From positions 72,498,939 through 72,562,938 of the forward strand of contig JASCQW010000061.1 in NCBI GenBank assembly GCA_030264375.1: DNA of 64,000 bases, in the 5' to 3' direction. The first letter of the stretch is position 1. Every line of letters begins with the position of its first letter. Positions 1 to 12,000 of the stretch are shown here, piece after piece. A model generated the notes under the pieces. That model saw nothing but the letters and a program-made list of their open reading frames with translations, searched no databases and was not told the origin of the DNA. This DNA comes from Carcharhinus longimanus. Taxonomy: Eukaryota. Made by a program: the position numbers and the translations under genes.

Positions 1-169
1 TTACCAATGGGACAACTTATATCTAGATGTCTTGCTATTTCTTCCTTGATGATAGATTCAAGCATTTTCCCTACTACTGAAGTTAAGCTAACCAGCCTAT
101 AGTTAACATAAGACATTGATTATCCTCCTTACAATACACCAGATCTACAACATTTTCTGAACACAGGAG

Positions 170-300
170 TAAAGTACTGTGGATACTGGAAATCCGAAAT
201 AAAAAAAATGCTGGAAATGCTTAGCAGATCAAGCAACATATGTGGAGAGAAATGTTTCAGGTTGATGACCTTCAATCAGAATAGTTGAGCATTTTTGTTT
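170..300. mobile_element. Degenerate Penelope-like terminal fragment (same family as 19848, 23205, 55311)
   Basis: aaaatgctggaaatgcttagcagatcaagcaacatatgtggagagaaa resembles the left arm at 55344-55396 and the copy at 23205-23302. Confidence 0.55.
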
Positions 301-479
301 TTACAATATTTCAGGATCCATTTGCAATTTGATGCAAACAGTGAATATTTTTCCTATTTTCTAAAGTTTTTAAACAAACTATAAAATTAGATGTTTAATC
401 AAGTTGTTAGTCCTTTGGGAACAGCTATTGAAAAAGAATATGTATTAACATTTAACTCATGTTTTTCTCTCTCTCTTAG

Positions 480-531
480 CCTTAAAAATCCACCTGGAGC
501 TAAAGCATTCAGAATATTTGCAGTCATTTGA
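480..531 (+). CDS. Probable terminal coding exon of an unidentified gene entering from upstream (LKNPPGAKAFRIFAVI*; alternative frame LKIHLELKHSEYLQSFDSSQKIIQKS* ends at 562)
   Basis: Branch-like TTTAAC at 451, strong pyrimidine tract tttttctctctctcttAG ending at 479, short open frame to a stop, then AT-rich UTR-like sequence with AATAAA. Protein not recognised; frame uncertain. Confidence 0.45.
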
Positions 532-740
532 TTCCAGCCAGAAAATAATCCAGAAAAGTTAGTAAAAGACTTGGAAGAAGCAAAGGAAAGTGTTTCAGCT
601 ATTTGCTGTGCTTTTTGCTGAGTTGTGATATTGGCAGAAACATTTTAGTCCATTGCAAACCAAACATTTCTGTACTATATATTGAAAAAAATAATTGCTG
701 AACATCAGAAACAAAGACTAGATGTTCCTAATCAGCTAAT

Positions 741-746
741 AATAAA
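741..746 (+). terminator. Candidate polyadenylation signal AATAAA for the exon at 480
   Basis: Canonical hexamer about 210 nt after the stop, with a TTGTGTT element just downstream. Confidence 0.3.
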
Positions 747-2967
747 CTTATTGTGTTCAAGTGCCCCAATTTTTATTATAAGTAGTAAATTTACACTTCT
801 ATAATTACTGTTTTCTAACAGAATGCTGCTAACTCAATGACACAACAAAAAGATACAACATTCAAACTGAAAACCAGGATTAGATAGGACTAAACTAATG
901 CTTTATAAACCTGGCAGTTACTCCTGCAGGCCAGGATGTAATTCAAATATAATAATGTATTATTGGTAGCAATGAAAAATTTGTAGGAAAAATTTGAGAA
1001 AAAAATAGANNNNNNNNNNNNNNNNNNNNNNNNNNNNNNNNNNNNNNNNNNNNNNNNNNNNNNNNNNNNNNNNNNNNNNNNNNNNNNNNNNNNNNNNNNN
1101 NNNNNNNNNAAATTTGAGAAAAAAATAGAACTTATCATGTCCATTTTTGGATGGGAGGAGAGCATTGGGGAGACTAATTTTGTGGCACCATCTCTTGTAG
1201 CCAGTCTTTTTCAGGAGCACGCCAACCCCCAGAGTGGAAGCCAGCAACTTCCAATGCTCCAGGTTGTGCATCTGAAACAGATGTTGGGCACCTGGATTAA
1301 GCCAATGTCGAACTCCACACCATCTTTGTCATCAGCTGAGCAGAACTAGATTCTCGTATGTTCTGTCCAGTTGATCAGGTTGTTCAGTGACCTAACAAAT
1401 GGTCCTAAAAGGGACCATTGGAGATCACCACCTCCCCCTGCCCTCACGATGCCCCAAAGGTATGTCAACTTATTATTAGTTTCAAGTCTGCGGAACCTGG
1501 TGGAATATGAGTACTCTTCCTGTCACCATAAAGGTACCATGGGCTATTGCCAAGACAAGTGTGCCCACTCCTCAGTCCCCTCCTGCTGGTTTGCTTCCCC
1601 TTCTTCAAGACCTAGCTGGTAGTTGGTTTAGTGTTGAAACTAGCTGTATTTCTTGAAGCCTCAGCCTGTGAGCTGAATTGGACAGTCTGTTGCATCTGCA
1701 GATAAAGCCTGAATTTCCAGTGAACTCAGGCGTTATATACAGGTGCATGTTCATTTTGTGACACTCACTTCACAGCAGTTATCAACACTACCCCAAGTTC
1801 TTGGCCAATATGGTAAAATTCTTCACACCAGCATTTGTAATTTCATTAAAAGAAATTCTTGGCAAAGTTAGCGTAGTGTATGCACAAGTGGACCATATAA
1901 CTTAGATTATAAAGCACTACTTTGGAAAATAAGCTAGCACATATACATTCCATGTTTTGGTATGTGAAACATGGCATTAAGGTGATGGTTGTTCTTATAA
2001 AAAACTATATTGCTTACAGACCACAGATCTGTTGAAAATTATTTATGTTATTTTGTTATCATGGTTAAATTGCCTTTTGTACTCGTAACTTTTAAACATT
2101 TTATGATATCGGTCTTTCAAACAATACTGTCTGCCATTATGTATCTTTACTACCTCAGATACTGTACTTGGTTGTAGTATATGTGCTTACACAGATTTTT
2201 TTCAATTCTGAAAATGCATTCTATCAAATATTTTGAATTAAAGACTCCAAAGAGTAAATTGCACCTTTATTGTTCAGCGTGTCTTCCATTATTTGTACAC
2301 AAAAAGAGGATCTCTTTTACTGTATCTCCTACTGCTGACCAGGTAAATGAAATCAGCTCCCACTCTGTTCGCAGTTGTCCAGGCACGTCCAGTTGTGCCT
2401 GGGACGTCATTGTCAGCGGTGATGACACTACAAGGCTGTGGGGAGTGTGTCCTCAGCCCCTGTGACATCAGCAAACGTGGTTCATCTTTTTAGAAGCAGT
2501 TTTATTTATCTATGTCCTTTGGAAGAAATGAACAAATTAGGAGACTAATGAATTCAAACCTTTGTAAATTATTTTAAGCATTTTGTTTTCGTAAATCTGA
2601 GGAAAAACACAGATGTGCGTGAAGAGCCTTCACTGATAAATTATTTTTATTGAAGTTTGAAAGGAGTATACAGAACTGAATATTATCTCTGTAAGGGGGA
2701 AAATTGTAAGGTGAGTGTTTAAAGTGTTTAAGCAGAACAAACTAAGGGATTCTCCAATCTTGTTTGCACACCACCACTGCTAGAAAGAATGGAGAATTTG
2801 GAGCTCAGCCAAATCTCCGTTCACTACAGTGGGACTGGAGAATCCCAGCCATGGGCGAGGTCAGAGAATTTCAGCCTAGATCTTAACTGTAATCTTCCCA
2901 TATCTGCTTTTAATGAGGGTTAGTTGTTTATCCACATCTCACCTCCAAGAAGGCGGGTTGACACATT

Positions 2968-4059
2968 GGGTGGAATTTTACGAGTAGGATTGTAAGTGTC
3001 CAGCTCGTATGAAAATGGGAGAGTTGCATATCCATTTTTTGGGTGTGTTTTCACGTTCAATTTTGTGCATATAATGCATGGAGAAATGGTCTAAACAATT
3101 CTGCAGGCCAGTTGGCAGAGGAAGCTATTGCACATGCGCAGACCTCTGCAGACCTCTGTGCCTGTGCCTTCACGTGCGCAGTAGCAACTGTTGAGGGAAC
3201 TATTGCGCTGGATGTAGCCTTTGATTCTGCACATGCACAGCAGCAGCAGAGGCCTGACAGAATGAGAGCTGTCAGGCTGCTGCTGTTGCAGGCAGCCTGA
3301 ACAAACTTCCTCGCTCCCCCTCCCTACAATTGCAGGGGCTCGTGACTGATCATGAGCCACATACCACCCAAAATGCAGCCTCCACCGACCGACTAGGTTG
3401 CTCCCCATCCCCAGCAATGATTGCAATGCAGAGCAGGCCCCCCCCCCGATCTGACTGCAGGCAGAGGTGGGCCGCGGCCCCCCCCCCCCCTTCCTCTCCA
3501 ATCGGGCTGCGTCTTCAGGCCCCATCACCATAGGCCCTGCCCACATTNNNNNNNNNNNNNNNNNNNNNNNNNNNNNNNNNNNNNNNNNNNNNNNNNNNNN
3601 NNNNNNNNNNNNNNNNNNNNNNNNNNNNNNNNNNNNNNNNNNNNNNNTAGGCCCTGCCCACATTGACCCTCCCCATTGGGCAGTGCCAAGTTGCCAGACT
3701 GTTGGTGCCTGGCTGGCACTGTCTAAGGCCCCCCTCCACGCCATCAGCTTCCCTGGGTGGCCTTAATGGTCTCCAGTTCTACCGGCAAGGCCAACACAGC
3801 TGTTCCCTGTTCATGGGGAGCAGGTGATTTCCTTGCCAGAGAGAACCTCCCCGGCGAGATTATAAATGCAAGTGAGCCTGGACAATTCAGCGTGGAGCTC
3901 ACTGATGCCATGTGAATCCTCATTAAGGTATATATGAATAAATTACTCAGCCATTCACCCATTTCCAGTGAGTGGCAATCCTGATTTCTTGGCTCTTGCA
4001 CAATTTTACTAGTTCACTCTGCCTATTGATAGGCGAGGTGAACCAGTAAAATTCTGCCC
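2968..4059. mobile_element. Non-autonomous PIF/Harbinger-type DNA transposon (~1.1 kb, contains a gap)
   Basis: TIRs GGGTGGAATTTTAC and GTAAAATTCTGCCC (12/14 match); 3-bp target duplication ATT at 2965-2967 and 4060-4062; internal homology to 35565-36532. Confidence 0.75.
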
Positions 4060-4399
4060 ATTAAGTACTATATTGAAGCTGCATACCTCATTTGTATTCA
4101 GCATTTTGAATTTAACTGGAGACTGCTGAAACTGTCAACTGCTAGCTTCTTGACCACCATCCTCCACTCATTTCATCGACCCCAGAAAAATGCCACTTCT
4201 TTGGAATTTATCCATCTTCCTGGGGCACAGACAGAGCTGACGCTGCAACTTCCTCTCAATTGTCCCCCTATAATTGAAACCCAGGCCAGAATCTTCCAAT
4301 CCTGGCAGCAGTGGCAATTGTGAAGAGCAGGGGAACTTAATTTGACACAAGGCCAAATATCAGATTCCTTGGGATCCACTGGCGGAACTTTGTTTTTCT

Positions 4400-4665
4400 T
4401 CATTCATTCATGGTTCATAAGCATCACTGACTGGCAAGAATTTATTACCCATTTCTTGTTGCCCCTGTACAACAGTGGCTTGCTAGGCCATTTTAGGGGC
4501 CAGTTGAGAGTCAACCGCATTGCTGTGGATCTGGAGTCACATGTAGACCAGACCAGGTAAAGATGGCAGATTTCCTTCCCTAAAGGACAATGGTGAACGA
4601 GATGGGTTTTTCCTGACAATTGACAATGGTTTCACGATCATTGGTAGATCTTTAATTCCGCTCTC
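4400..4665 (-). mobile_element. SINE family B, 3' part
   Basis: Shares the ...ggagtcacatgtagaccagaccaggtaaagatggcagatttccttccctaaaggac core with 13490, 36682 and 43421. Confidence 0.75.
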
Positions 4666-5133
4666 TTAATTATTGGTTCACTCCATGGAGAACAAGGCTC
4701 AGCTGAGTTCTGCTCTAGAGATTGCAGCACCCTGTGGACTAGCATTCTGTAGTGGATCGTATTCCATGGACTACGGAGACCACAAACCATAGCCATCTGA
4801 ACTGCCTTCTGTGGAACCTTAGTGGAAGCTCAGAGCTGCAATCAATGGGGAGTTTCATTGTTGCTACACCAGAATAAGTAACAATGCAGAAGAAATGGGC
4901 ACTAGGGTGATAGCCAATTCTTAATTATTCAAGATCTGGAATGAAGAATATCAAATCTTTGAATCTTCTAACACTATATGATGGTATTAGGTTTCTTTGC
5001 ATTACTATTGGTTTTAACATTCCTTAATAAAGAAGGTGTGGACTTGAAAATACTTTGAAAGGTGAATGTGAGGTCCTTTGTGACGAGGTAGGAGTGACTT
5101 AGTTATTGGAGAGATGAGGTAACATTCAACTGA

Positions 5134-5398
5134 ATGTTACCGTTGTTTAAAAAGGGTCAGAGGGATAACCCAGGGAATTATAGGCCGGTGAGCTTGACTT
5201 CAGTTATAGGCAAGNNNNNNNNNNNNNNNNNNNNNNNNNNNNNNNNNNNNNNNNNNNNNNNNNNNNNNNNNNNNNNNNNNNNNNNNNNNNNNNNNNNNNN
5301 NNNNNNNNNNNNNNGGTCACTGAGACAATGGGACGGCGGCGTGGGCTCGTTGGGCCGAAGGGCCTGTTTCCCATGCTGTGTTGTTCTTTGTTCTTTGA
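5134..5398 (+). mobile_element. Young CR1 (HER1-type) LINE collapsed into a gap
   Basis: PLFKKGQRDNPGNYRPVSLTSVIGK is a CR1 RT motif before the gap; CR1 3' end with (ttctttg)n tail after the gap. Confidence 0.85.
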
Positions 5399-5614
5399 AT
5401 CACTCCTACACTCCATTCAACCAATCATCATCACCGTCACTCTTTGATCAACTCACCTCCCCTGGCTGAAATTGCCTCCTGTCCACCAAATTGGTTGTGT
5501 GTTTGCAAAAGGTAATCTACTATGGAACATCTACGCTAACCTAAACCTACACTTGTTCACTGATTTCCTCAACCCACCAGCAGTACATCTTTCATCATAT
5601 CACATCACCCAAAT

Positions 5615-6030
5615 GGGACAGCACAGTAGCACAATGGTTAGCATACTGCCTCACAGAGCCAAGGACCCAGGTTCAATTCCTAATTGGGGCACTGGCTGTG
5701 TGGAGTTTTGATGTGGAGATGCTGGCATTGGACTAGGGTAAACACAGTAAGAAATCTGACAACAGTTGGACTTAACCTGGTGTTGTCAGATTTCTTACAG
5801 TGTGGAGTTTGTACATTCTTCCCATGCCTGCGTGGGTTTCTTCTGGGGCTCTGGTTTCCTCCCACAGACCAAAGATGTGCGGGTTAGGTTGATTGGCCAT
5901 GTTAAACTGATTCTAGTGTCAGGGGATTAGTTGGGTAAATAAGTGGGGTTATGGGAATAGGGCCTGAGTGGGACTGTGTTCAGTGCAGATTCAATGGCCT
6001 GAATGGCCTCCTTCTGCACTGTAGGGATTT
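5615..6030 (+). mobile_element. HE1-like V-SINE interrupted by a Penelope-like insert
   Basis: tRNA-like head (tggttagc...ggttcaattcc), V-domain (gtggagtttg...gggtttc...ggtttcctcccaca...aaagatgtgc) and CR1-type tail. Confidence 0.9.
5709..5799. mobile_element. Fold-back Penelope-like terminal fragment inserted in the SINE
   Basis: Homologous to 58871-58952; inverted arms 5742-5764 and 5781-5803; direct repeat GTGTGGAGTTT at 5698-5708 and 5800-5810. Confidence 0.7.
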
Positions 6031-6434
6031 TATAATATGGAAATAACCAAAAATAATATTCCCCAAGCGCATAACATGACTGTACAGTAATTTACCTGAC
6101 TGAGGTGAGGACAAAGTGAATTTTGTTCCTCCAGACTGATTCACTACTATTCCCATCATAAATTGTTGGGGGAGCTTAGGAATGAACAAATCTGTTCCAT
6201 TACTAACCAATATCACAAAAAGGATTTAAATCAGATGAAGGTCCCAAAATTTAATTTTTGATTTGGTTGAACCCTCTTTTTAACTAGTGAAGACTAGACC
6301 AACATGATGGTTGTCGCACTTCCAACACAATTTGCACATATGAGTAATCAGCATCTATAATTTGTATATTTAACACTCCGTTTACATCAGAGAAATGGGC
6401 AAAATGAGGTCTAATTCCTCCCTCATCCTGAAGA

Positions 6435-6828
6435 GTCGCAAAATCTTGATGTTCCCATAGATCTCCAGTCTATCACTCAAGCCAGCCTTCCATCCATTGA
6501 CATTGTCTGTATTTCCTGCTGCCTCAGAAAAGCAGCCAGCCTAATCAAGGACTCCTTGCACCCCAGACATTCTTCCACCTTCTTCCGTTGGAATAAGATA
6601 ACAAAATTCTGAGATCACATACCAACCGGCTCAAAAACAGCTTCTTCCCTACTGCCATTAGACTTTTGAATGGACCTGCTTCACATTTTGATCTTTCTCT
6701 GCACCCTTTCTATGACTATAAAATTCTGCACCCTCTCCTTTCCCTCTCTATGAACGGTATGCTTTATCTGTATATCATGCAAGAAACAATACTTTTCAGT
6801 GTATGTGACAATAATAAATCAAATCAAA
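6435..6828 (+). mobile_element. Rex1/Babar LINE 3' fragment
   Basis: RLKNSFFP-coding end, 3' UTR and (atcaa)n tail; homologous to 9478, 29189 and 38706. Confidence 0.8.
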
Positions 6829-6854
6829 TGCCAGGAGAAACCACACTATAAGTA

Positions 6855-6927
6855 CAAAGAACAAAGAACAACACAGCACGGGAAACAGGCCCTTCGGCCC
6901 AACGAGCCCGCGCCGCCGTCCCATTGT
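6855..6927 (-). mobile_element. Young CR1 LINE 3' end, running into a gap
   Basis: Reverse complement nearly identical to 5325-5398. Confidence 0.85.
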
Positions 6928-8096
6928 NNNNNNNNNNNNNNNNNNNNNNNNNNNNNNNNNNNNNNNNNNNNNNNNNNNNNNNNNNNNNNNNNNNNNNNNN
7001 NNNNNNNNNNNNNNNNNNNNNNNNNNNGAGGTATTCTGATCTCCCTCCCTTGCCTTCTCTACCCCAGCTGTCACCCCACCCTTGATATTCCGGGGTAATT
7101 CCTCTGGGGCGGTCCTAGTGCCATGACTCCCTTTCTTTTCGCTCTTCCTAACTGTAACCTAAGTGTATCAAGTATTTGTTTGTACAGCATAGCTGGCTAT
7201 AATTCATGCTAACATTATTTTATTTTACAAGTTACAGGCTGCAGAGTGTATTTTTTTAGGAAAAAAGGGCTCATGGGGTAAGACTTCCTCTGCACGTGGG
7301 CTACAGTGAAATCATAGATGTGTTTATAAAGAATGGGTATTGGCATCTGCCAGAGGGAACAGTTTCAGCAATAGATCGATCCCAACGTCTTAATTTCTAG
7401 GTAATTATTACTTTGAGCGTTTAGTAAGAGAGAGCATTTTTAAGGATTTGGGAGGAGAGAGAATTTTATTTGATTTTTATATAAATTAAGATAACATCTC
7501 ATATTACTCTTCTTATAATATCCATGAAGCGACGCCCAGGTATTCATGGCTTAGGTATCTGTTCATAATGTTGAATGATCATTTGAAACTTGGGTGATTC
7601 AGCATCATATTCATGCATCTCAGGTAAAACTCTATGGTGAATAATCCAGCCTCAGGATCATTTTAGAAAAGGCTTTTCATTCTGATATTGTTAACAAACT
7701 TAAATGAAGGAGAAGTTTGTAGCTGTTCTATAGTCACCTGCCAATATTATGGTGAGGATCAATCGGAAAGTTTGAACAATTTTGGTCCCATAACTTGTAT
7801 TCAACCTTTTTTTATTTCTACGGGAGAAATCAAGAAATATTTAATAGGTGAAGCTTAATGTGGAATCATTCCATACTTGCTGTGGAGTTGGAAGAAGGAT
7901 AAGGCAAAGCCCTGATGCCAGTTTAGTGGCTGCATGGCTGTATGGTCTGTGCAGAACGCACCATAAGTTTCTAAATCACCCTTCGGTTCTTTTAATTATC
8001 CTTGTCCTCACCTTTCCTGTAGATCCACCAAAAACAGCAAACTGAGGAAGATAATAGTGGTGGTGGTGATGATGAGAGACTGAATTGCTTCCTAGT

Positions 8097-8330
8097 GAGA
8101 AAGTTGCATTTAATTTTCCATAGTTCCTTAGATTCAGGCAAGGTTCCATTAGGTTGGAAAATGACAAAATGCAACTCCTTTTTTCAAAAACGAAAGGAGA
8201 CAAAAAGCAGGAAACCTCAGCTTAACATCTGTCACAGGAAAATGTTAGAAGCTATTACTAGAGGCATTACAGCAGGGCACGAAATAAGCTCAAGGAAATC
8301 AGGCAGAGTCAACACGGTTATGGCTGCGAT
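8097..8330 (+). mobile_element. Degraded CR1 LINE RT fragment
   Basis: LHLIFHSSLDSGKVPLGWK... is a CR1 ORF2 motif, frameshifted here. Confidence 0.75.
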
Positions 8331-8574
8331 TCACTGAGCCTGCTAGCCTCTGGCGGATGTCCCGATGGCCTATCGAATCAGGTGTAGTGCTAAGCCGGGT
8401 AACAAACCTGTAGAGATGTTCCTGGCCCACCACGTTTCCACCACACTCTCAGGGTTTCTAATACAGAGCCTAATCAGTTGCCGGACAAAAAAAGATTCTC
8501 CTCAGACTTCCAAAGGTTTATTTGGTGTCCTCAGGTTTTCAAATCTTTCACCAGGGAGAACAGATGTTTTCTAG

Positions 8575-8814
8575 CTACTCTATTTGCTGTTATGTGCTCT
8601 GACCAAAGGCACGTCCTTGTCTCAATGGCTCAGGCTGAAGGATCAGCAGACATTCTCTTGGTAAATTTTGTCAGCGGTGCTTTGCCATTGCCTCTCACTC
8701 TCAGGAGCAGATCAAGGAGGCAATNNNNNNNNNNGAAACAGCAATGAAACCTGCACTGATGGCATTCTGCTAAATAACACACTCGCCATCGAGCCAACTG
8801 AGCTGACTGGCTCC
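8575..8814 (-). mobile_element. SINE family C: tRNA-like head with RTE-like tail motif
   Basis: Minus strand has an A-box-like head ggagccagtcagctcagttgg and a gaggcaatggcaaagcacc...aaatttaccaag motif resembling RTE 3' ends. Confidence 0.5.
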
Positions 8815-8819
8815 ATATT

Positions 8820-8965
8820 ATTCTGTCTATGCCTCTTACGATTTTGAACACTTTCATCAAATCTCCTCTGAACCTTTTCTTCTTTACGGAGAACGGTGCA
8901 AGCTTCTCAAACACTCCACGCAGCTGAAATCCATCAATCCTTGATACATTTGTTGCATTGCTCAT
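8820..8965 (-). mobile_element. CR1 LINE C-terminal fragment
   Basis: FSVKKKRFRGDLMKVFKIVRGIDR. Confidence 0.75.
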
Positions 8966-9477
8966 GTTCTTATTTAAGTAAATAAAATTTACTTAAATAA
9001 GTAAATTTCTTAAAATTTACTTATAAAACCACAGAAAAGACTAAATCTTAATGGGAACCTCAGAAAAGCTGAGTTGAGGTTGAAGACCACTGCAAATGAT
9101 ATCATTTCACTGCCCCTTCTACCTCGCCTCCCACCAATGCTCCTTGCAAAGTGATGCCCCAATAAAGCAGACAAACATAATGAACTTGAAAAGACAACTT
9201 CCACTCACACCATTCTGATCCTTGAATTAAAAACACTTTTCAAAATGTTTTAATAGTTTTTCCAGGAAACGTCAGATATGATTGGGCCAAACTGTGACTT
9301 CATTTATGTGCCACAGCATTACTGTTGGCCTATGAAGGAATAGGAAAAATATATCTGAGCGTTGAGTAGAAATGGGGCATGATAGAAACTGGGAGAAAAA
9401 CGTTTTCTTGGAAGTCAACCTACAAATCTGATTGTTGTGTTCATTTTGTGCAAAGAAAGAAAATAATACTTTGCATT

Positions 9478-12000
9478 ATTTGATTTGACTTATTATTGTC
9501 ATACGTATTAGTATATAGTGAAAAGTATTGATTCATGTGCATTATACAAATAGAGCATACTGTTCATAGAAAGTGAAAGGGGAGAGTGCAGAATGTAGTG
9601 TTACAGTCATAGCTAGGTGTAGAGAAAGATCAACTTAATGCAAGATAGGTCCACTCAAAAGTCTGATGGAAGCAGGAAGAAACTGTTCTTGAGTTGGTTG
9701 GTATGTGTCGTCAGATTTTTGTATCTTTTTCCCGACGGGAGAAGGTTGAAGGTGGAAGACAGTATGTCCCGGTGTATGGGGTCCTTAATTATGCTGGCTG
9801 CTTTTCCAAGGCAGTGGGAAGTATTGACAGTGTCAATGGTTTGAGTGATGGACTGGGCTTCATCCATGACTCTTTGTGTTTTCTTGCGATCTTGGACAGA
9901 GCAGGAGCCATACCAAGCTGTGGTACAACCAGAAAGCATGCTTTCTATGGAGCATCTGTAAAGGTTGGTGAGAACCGTAGCGGACATGCCAAATTTCCTT
10001 AGTCTTCTGAGAAACTAGAGGCATTGTGGGCTTTGACTATAGTGTCGGCATGGGACGAGATTAGGATAGGTTGTTGGTGATCAGGTCATCTAAAACTTGA
10101 AGATCTTGAGCATTTCTACTTGGTCTCCATTGATGTAGACACAGACATGTCCTCCGCTACGCTTCCTGAAGTCAATGACAATTTCCTTCATTTTGTTGAC
10201 ATTGAGGGAGAGATTATTGTCATCACACTAAGTTCATCAGATTCTCTATCTCAATCCTGTGCTCTGTTTCATTATTGTTTGGGATCCGACCCATTACAGT
10301 GGCATCATCAGCAAACCGCACTCTGCAGTTGCAGAGTGATGAGCTTCGGCCCAGGCCACAGAGTTTGAAGGTCAGTTTTGTAGGAATAATGGTGTTGAAG
10401 GCTGAGCTGTAGTCTACCTAGGTATTCCAGGTTTGAGTGCAGAGCCAGGGAGATGGTGTCTGCTGTGGAGATGTTGCGGCAGTAGGCAAACTTAGAGTTT
10501 GCAGGCAACCTGGAAGACTGAAATTGATTTGTGTCATCACTAACCTTTTGAAGCACTTCATAATCATGGATGTCAGAATCACCAGACAATAGTCATTAAG
10601 GCATGCTGCCTGGCTTTAAGGACCTGAGATTGTTGTGAAGAGATGATGTCTCCGAATACCCCCACCAGCTGGTCTGCTCAGAATCTGAATGCTAGCCCAG
10701 GTACCAATCCGTTCAGTTGCTTCCCATGAATTGACTCTTGGAAAAGCTGCTCTGACATCTGCAATGGTGACCTCGGATACAGGTTCATCCAAGGTTTCTT
10801 GGGTGAAGGGTATGCTCTCACTGACCTCTTGCTCAAAATGAGCATAGAATGCATTGAGTTCATCTGGGAGGGGTGTGTTGGTGCCAGCGATTTTACATGC
10901 TTTCATCTTGTAGCCTGTTATGTCTTGCAGACCTTAATATAGTCAATGGGGGTCCATGTGGCTAGCCTGGGACTCTATGTTGGTCTGCTACAGTCTTTTG
11001 GCATCTTTAATGGATCTCCTTAGATCATATCTGGCTTTCTTGTATAGTTCAGTATTGCCTGAATTGAAAGCCTCAGACTTAGACTTCAGCAAGCAGTGGA
11101 CATCCCTGTTCATCCATGGTTTCCAGTTGGGAAACACGCGGATTTGCTCTACTCACAGTCCTCTATACACTTACTAATGAAGTCAGTTATTGTAGTGGCG
11201 TACTTGTTCAGGCTGGTCACAGCGTTTTTAAATACTGACCAGTCTACTGACTCTAAGCTGTCCTGTAGGAGTTCATCCGATTCCTCTCAGATCAACATTG
11301 CACAACTTTCTTTGACGGATTCTCCCTTTTCAGTTTTTAGTTGTAAACTGGGAACAGGAGCACAGCCCTATGGTCTGATTTGCCAAAGTGTGGGCAGGCG
11401 ATAGAGCAATAAGCATGTTTGATGTTTATGTAGCAGTGGTCTAGGATGTTTGGGCCTCTGGTGGAACAGGAAAGGTGTTGATTGGGAGCTCAAGCTTGGC
11501 TTGATTGGAGTCCCCAGCCACGATGAACAAGGCCTCAGGATGTTTCATCTCAAGGTTATTTGTTGTGGTGTGTATTTCGTCCAGCGTGATCTGGGGTGGG
11601 ATGCAAACTGCTGCCAGGATAACAGGGGTGAACTCCCGTGGAAGATAAAGGGCAGCATTTTAGTGTCAGGTATTCTAGGTCTGGAGAGCAGAAACCTGCC
11701 AGTGTTTCTATGTCTCAGCACCACGAAGCGTTGATTATAAGGAAGGCCCCATCTCCCTTAGCTTTGCTAGAGGCCGCTGTGTAGTCCATTTAATGGATTG
11801 AGAAGCCCTCTGCTTGTAGGGCCCAATCCGGTGAAGCAAGAGTGAGCCACATCTCTGTGAAACAGACTACACAGAAGATCCTCAGTTCTCTTTGAAAAGT
11901 GAATCTGGCTTAAGTTCATCTAGCATGTTTTCCAGAGACTGGACTTTACAAGGAGTAAGCTATGGGGGGGAGCTTTGGGACCACATTGTTTCACCCTCAC
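9478..12000 (-). mobile_element. Long degraded Rex1/Babar LINE (endonuclease-RT pseudogene)
   Basis: Fragments LPDELNAFYAHFEQ, LTNLYRCSIESMLSGCTTAWYGSCSVQDRKK and QLKNSFF; many stops and frameshifts; tail at 9478. Confidence 0.85.

Noticed and set aside
990-1129. Direct repeat aatttgagaaaaaaataga flanking a gap
   Set aside because: Typical unmerged contig overlap around a 100-N placeholder.
2418-2470. SECIS or IRE element
   Set aside because: The ATGA...AA...GA spacing does not fit a SECIS and there is no CAGUGN loop.
3530-3664. Direct repeat taggccctgcccacatt flanking a gap
   Set aside because: Same scaffolding overlap artefact.
5615-5690. tRNA genes at SINE heads (also the other copies)
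   Set aside because: A/B boxes are present, but each continues into a SINE body and no complete cloverleaf is evident.
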